Of a DNA stretch of 34,736 bases, positions 31,549 to 34,736 are shown in pieces. A program made the position numbers and the translations under genes. The first letter of the stretch is position 1. Every line of letters begins with the position of its first letter. Origin of the DNA: Phoronis australis. Its lineage: Eukaryota > Animalia > Phoronida. The notes below the pieces were generated by a model, which was not told where the DNA came from, made no database searches, and saw only the letters and a program-made list of their open reading frames with translations. The stretch spans positions 42,664 to 77,399 of the forward strand of contig NMRA01000988.1 in NCBI GenBank assembly GCA_002633005.1, in the 5' to 3' direction.

Positions 31549-32590
31549 CAGAAAAGTTGCTCCCGAAGTACAGTCAGTTTGTAAGACATTAAGCACATTT
31601 CTCTGTTTAAGCGTCAATGACACCAATTAAGGACCTAAAGCTTATTTCGTCAGCGAAAGTGTAACATCATTTTGTTAGGCAAGTGGGCCTGAATTGCCAT
31701 TAACATCGGTTAGTTTGTCAGAACGCACACTTACGCATATGTAGCACGAAACCTTGAAGAACGTATTGCAATACGTTGAAGCAAATCATAAACGAAACAA
31801 GTATTTATCTTGCATGGTTTTATTGGTTCTTTGATCTTTACAGATATGAATCGTTCTAATGAAACTGTACCCAAAACTTTGGACGAGTCAGAGGAAAGCA
31901 AGAATGAAGACTGCATCGATGAGTTGAAACAAGTAATGAGCTTTAACGTCTATGTTACCTTGTCAAAATAAAGCCACTGAATTTTTACATGTACGCGGAG
32001 GGACCCGAGTTTGATCACTTTGAACTATTTTATAACCTGTAGCATTTTTTTCGAACCACCAGTTAGTCAGTAATACTGAAAGCGGTGTACACATTGTGCT
32101 CGATTTGTGTATACTGATAGGGTTTTATTTGATCGTGAAATGATAACTAAAACTCTCTGACATCTCAACGGGAACACATTCGAAGTAGAACAATACTGCA
32201 TGTGGCCATATTTAAACTCATACCCCTGTATCTGAAATTATGTATTTTTGTAAATACTGTTGTCATGTGTGTGTTGCACATTGGTGCAATTGCTCTAAGT
32301 TTCATTTAAAAGAGCAGACGATTGTTTTTGCATGTTTTGTGGATTTTTCCACTCTTATTGCTTTCAGTCAGTATCACCATTTTGTAACGAACAAATCAAC
32401 ATTTGTTCACATGTCATCTTCAATCTCGCAACTTGTTTTTTACTCAAGTGCATGTCGCAAAGGCGCATGCCCTTTTAAGAGCATGCACCCTTGAGCCAAG
32501 CACTAATTTCGGCTTTGGGGGCAAATTTACAGGTACGCATCGTCCTACACGTGAACCTATGCGGTTAGGGTTTGTAGATCTGTGTTAGAC

Positions 32591-33007
32591 CATAGACTAT
32601 ATTAGATGGACCGCCAACTCCGTATACTTTCACTGGACGAAATCTGTGCTCTTTCTTACAACGTTACGTCATTATTCGCTAACGACGCCTGGCCCAATTA
32701 TCTGATATCATTTCCGGCAAGTACATCGTCTGCTATCTTGGTCGGTTGTTGTGTGGTCGGGTGGTAGTAGCATTGCTAAAAGTACTCAGGATGCCAACAG
32801 TTCTACTATTTTAAGATTTCGAGTAGCGTTTCAATGCCGAAATTATTAATTTGTTTTCGTTGTATTGGAAAGTAAAATAGATGTGAGAATTTCTCGTCAC
32901 AATACAATAACCGGAAAATGAACCAGATAAGTTAAAAGAGTACCTCATCTCTACGATAGTATGGAAGAAATTGTTGGGAGTTGCGAATCTATTGTCTATA
33001 ATCTATG
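32591..33007. mobile_element. 417-bp non-autonomous P-element-superfamily-like MITE with 7-bp TSD
   Basis: TIRs CATAGACTATA / TATAATCTATG with further imperfect pairing (caactcc/ggagttg). TSD GTTAGAC at 32584-32590 and 33008-33014. An empty site is present in the neighbouring repeat unit (ctgtgttatattatggttggaatc, about 31215). CATAGA termini with a 7-8-bp TSD are typical of P-type elements. Confidence 0.85.
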
Positions 33008-34736
33008 GTTAGACAATCGTTGGAATCATTTTAAGAAAAAGAAGAAGAAAAAACACCGAGCTGTTTTGGTATTGTGAACGCAAGAACAGTTCCCCTATGA
33101 GACATTTCAAGTTAAGTAGATGTGGGTTCATGGACTGGTCATAAGACTTAAACTTTGTGAAAAATGTTCCTGTTTTCATTTCATTGTCACGAAAACCGAT
33201 ACAGGGCGCAGACCGACAATTGGAAGATGAAGGTATGTCTGAAAACTTTATTCTATCCTCGAGTTTTTGGAATGCTCTTCGTTTCATGATGACAAACGGA
33301 TATTTATTTACTAGACTAAGATCTCTCATTTACTAGATTAAGCCTTTGATTTGGTAGACTTAAAGTACATTTCTCTGCTCAAACACCGATGACACCAATT
33401 TAGGACCTAACGCAAATTTTGTCAGCGAAAGTGTAGCCTCATTTTCTTAGGCAAGTGGGCCTGAATTGCCATTAACATCGGTTCGTTTGTCAGAACGCAC
33501 ACTTACGCATATGTAGCACGAAACCTTGAAGAACGTATTGCAATAAGTTGAAGCAAATCATAAACGAAACAAGTGTTTATCTTGCGTGGTTTTACTGGTT
33601 CTTTGATCTTTACAGATATGAATCGTTCTAATGAAACTGTACCCAAAACTTTGGACGAATCAGAGGAAAGCAAGGATGAAGACAGCTTCGGCGACTTGAA
33701 ACAAGTAAAGAGCTTTAGCGTCTAAGTTACCTTGTCAAAATAACGCCACTGAATATTTTACATGTACGCGGAAGGACCAAATTAGATCTCTTTTGACTAT
33801 TTTATAACTATTAGCATTTTTTCGAACCACCAGTTAGTCAATAATAATGAAGGCGGTCTTCACATTATGCTCGATTTGTGTATACTGATAGGGTTCGATT
33901 TGATTCCGAAATGACTATTGAAACTCTATGACATCTCAGCGGGAACACATTCGAATACTGTATACGGCCATATTTAAGCTCATATCCCTGAATCTGAAAT
34001 TATGCATTTTTGAAAATACTCTTGTCATATGTGTATTGAACATCGGTGCAATTGCTCTAAACTTCACTTAAAAGAGCAGACGAATGTTCTTGCATGTTTT
34101 GAGGATTTTCCACTCTTATTGCTATCTCTTCCTGCTTTAAGTCAGTATCACCATTTTGTAACGAACAACTCAACATTTGTTCACATGTCATCTCCAAACT
34201 TGCAACTCGTTTTTTCCTCAAGTGCTTGTCGCAAAGGCGCATGCCCTTTTAAGAGCATGCACCCTTGAGCCAAGCACTTAACTTCGGGTTTTGGCGAAAA
34301 TTTACATAGAGAAGCATGGCCCTGCACGTGCACCTATACGGGTTTTGGTATTGTGAAGGCAGATCACTTTCCCTGTGCGACATTTCAAGTTAAGTAGATG
34401 CGGGTTCATGGACTGGTCATTAGCCTAAAACTTTGTAAAACTTATTCCTGTTTTCATTTCATTGTCATGAAAACCGATACAGGGCGCAGAACAACAATTT
34501 GAAGATGAAGGTATGTCTGAAAACTTTATTCTATCCTCGAGTTTTTGGAATGCTTTTCGTTTCGTGATGACGAACGGATATTTATTTTCTAGACTAAAAT
34601 CTCTTATTTACTAGATTAAAACCTCTTATCTACTAAATAAAAACCTCTTGTTTGTAAGACATTATACAGAATTTGTTGAATACACGACACTTTTCATTTT
34701 TCACGGTCTTTATTCCGTTGCGTTCATACTTTCTGA

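Larger units (their letters stand above)
29465..34736. repeat. Tandem array of ~1.3-1.4-kb units (three complete, one partial, plus a diverged left flank)
   Basis: The marker aaactttgt..cctgttttcatttcattgtca(c/t)gaaaaccgatacagggcgcaga recurs at about 29770, 31360, 33150 and 34427. The marker gcatgcccttttaagagcatgcacccttgagcc recurs at about 31097, 32465 and 34239. 29465-29770 is a diverged copy of the unit end. Confidence 0.95.

Noticed and set aside
31006-34268. Cys/His-rich ORFs in the tandem array (31006, 32240, 32403, 33009, 34029, 34057)
   Set aside because: Homologous positions in other units carry indels and stops, so there is no conserved frame, unlike the two candidate mini-exons.

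Overview
This is AT-rich eukaryotic genomic DNA, most likely from a marine invertebrate. Several repeat families look cnidarian-like, but that is inference from sequence style only. It contains two single-N gaps (26447, 31472) and is dominated by transposon debris. I see no complete protein-coding gene, rRNA, functional tRNA or CRISPR array, and nearly all ORFs in the supplied track look spurious. Layout: (i) 1-12000 is a patchwork of MITEs, a tRNA-derived SINE head and fossil TE coding fragments (L1/Tx1 zinc finger, piggyBac transposase, LINE 3' end), plus a candidate promoter/first exon (1552-1610) and one clean internal exon (4385-4519). (ii) 12033-23097 is an 11-kb nest of two related non-autonomous Helentron (HINE/DINE-1-like) families inserted into each other's microsatellite in last-in-first-out order. 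(iii) 23100-29400 holds more MITE fragments, a microsatellite and an internally deleted LINE with a recognisable RT start. (iv) 29465-34736 is a tandem array of ~1.3-1.4 kb units with a dimeric higher-order pattern, a P-element-type MITE with a 7-bp TSD, and in each unit a pair of phase-compatible mini-exons that could splice into an acidic 39-aa repeat protein. The best candidates for something new are the exon-carrying tandem array and the self-targeting Helentron nest. Neither can be shown to be novel or functional from sequence alone.
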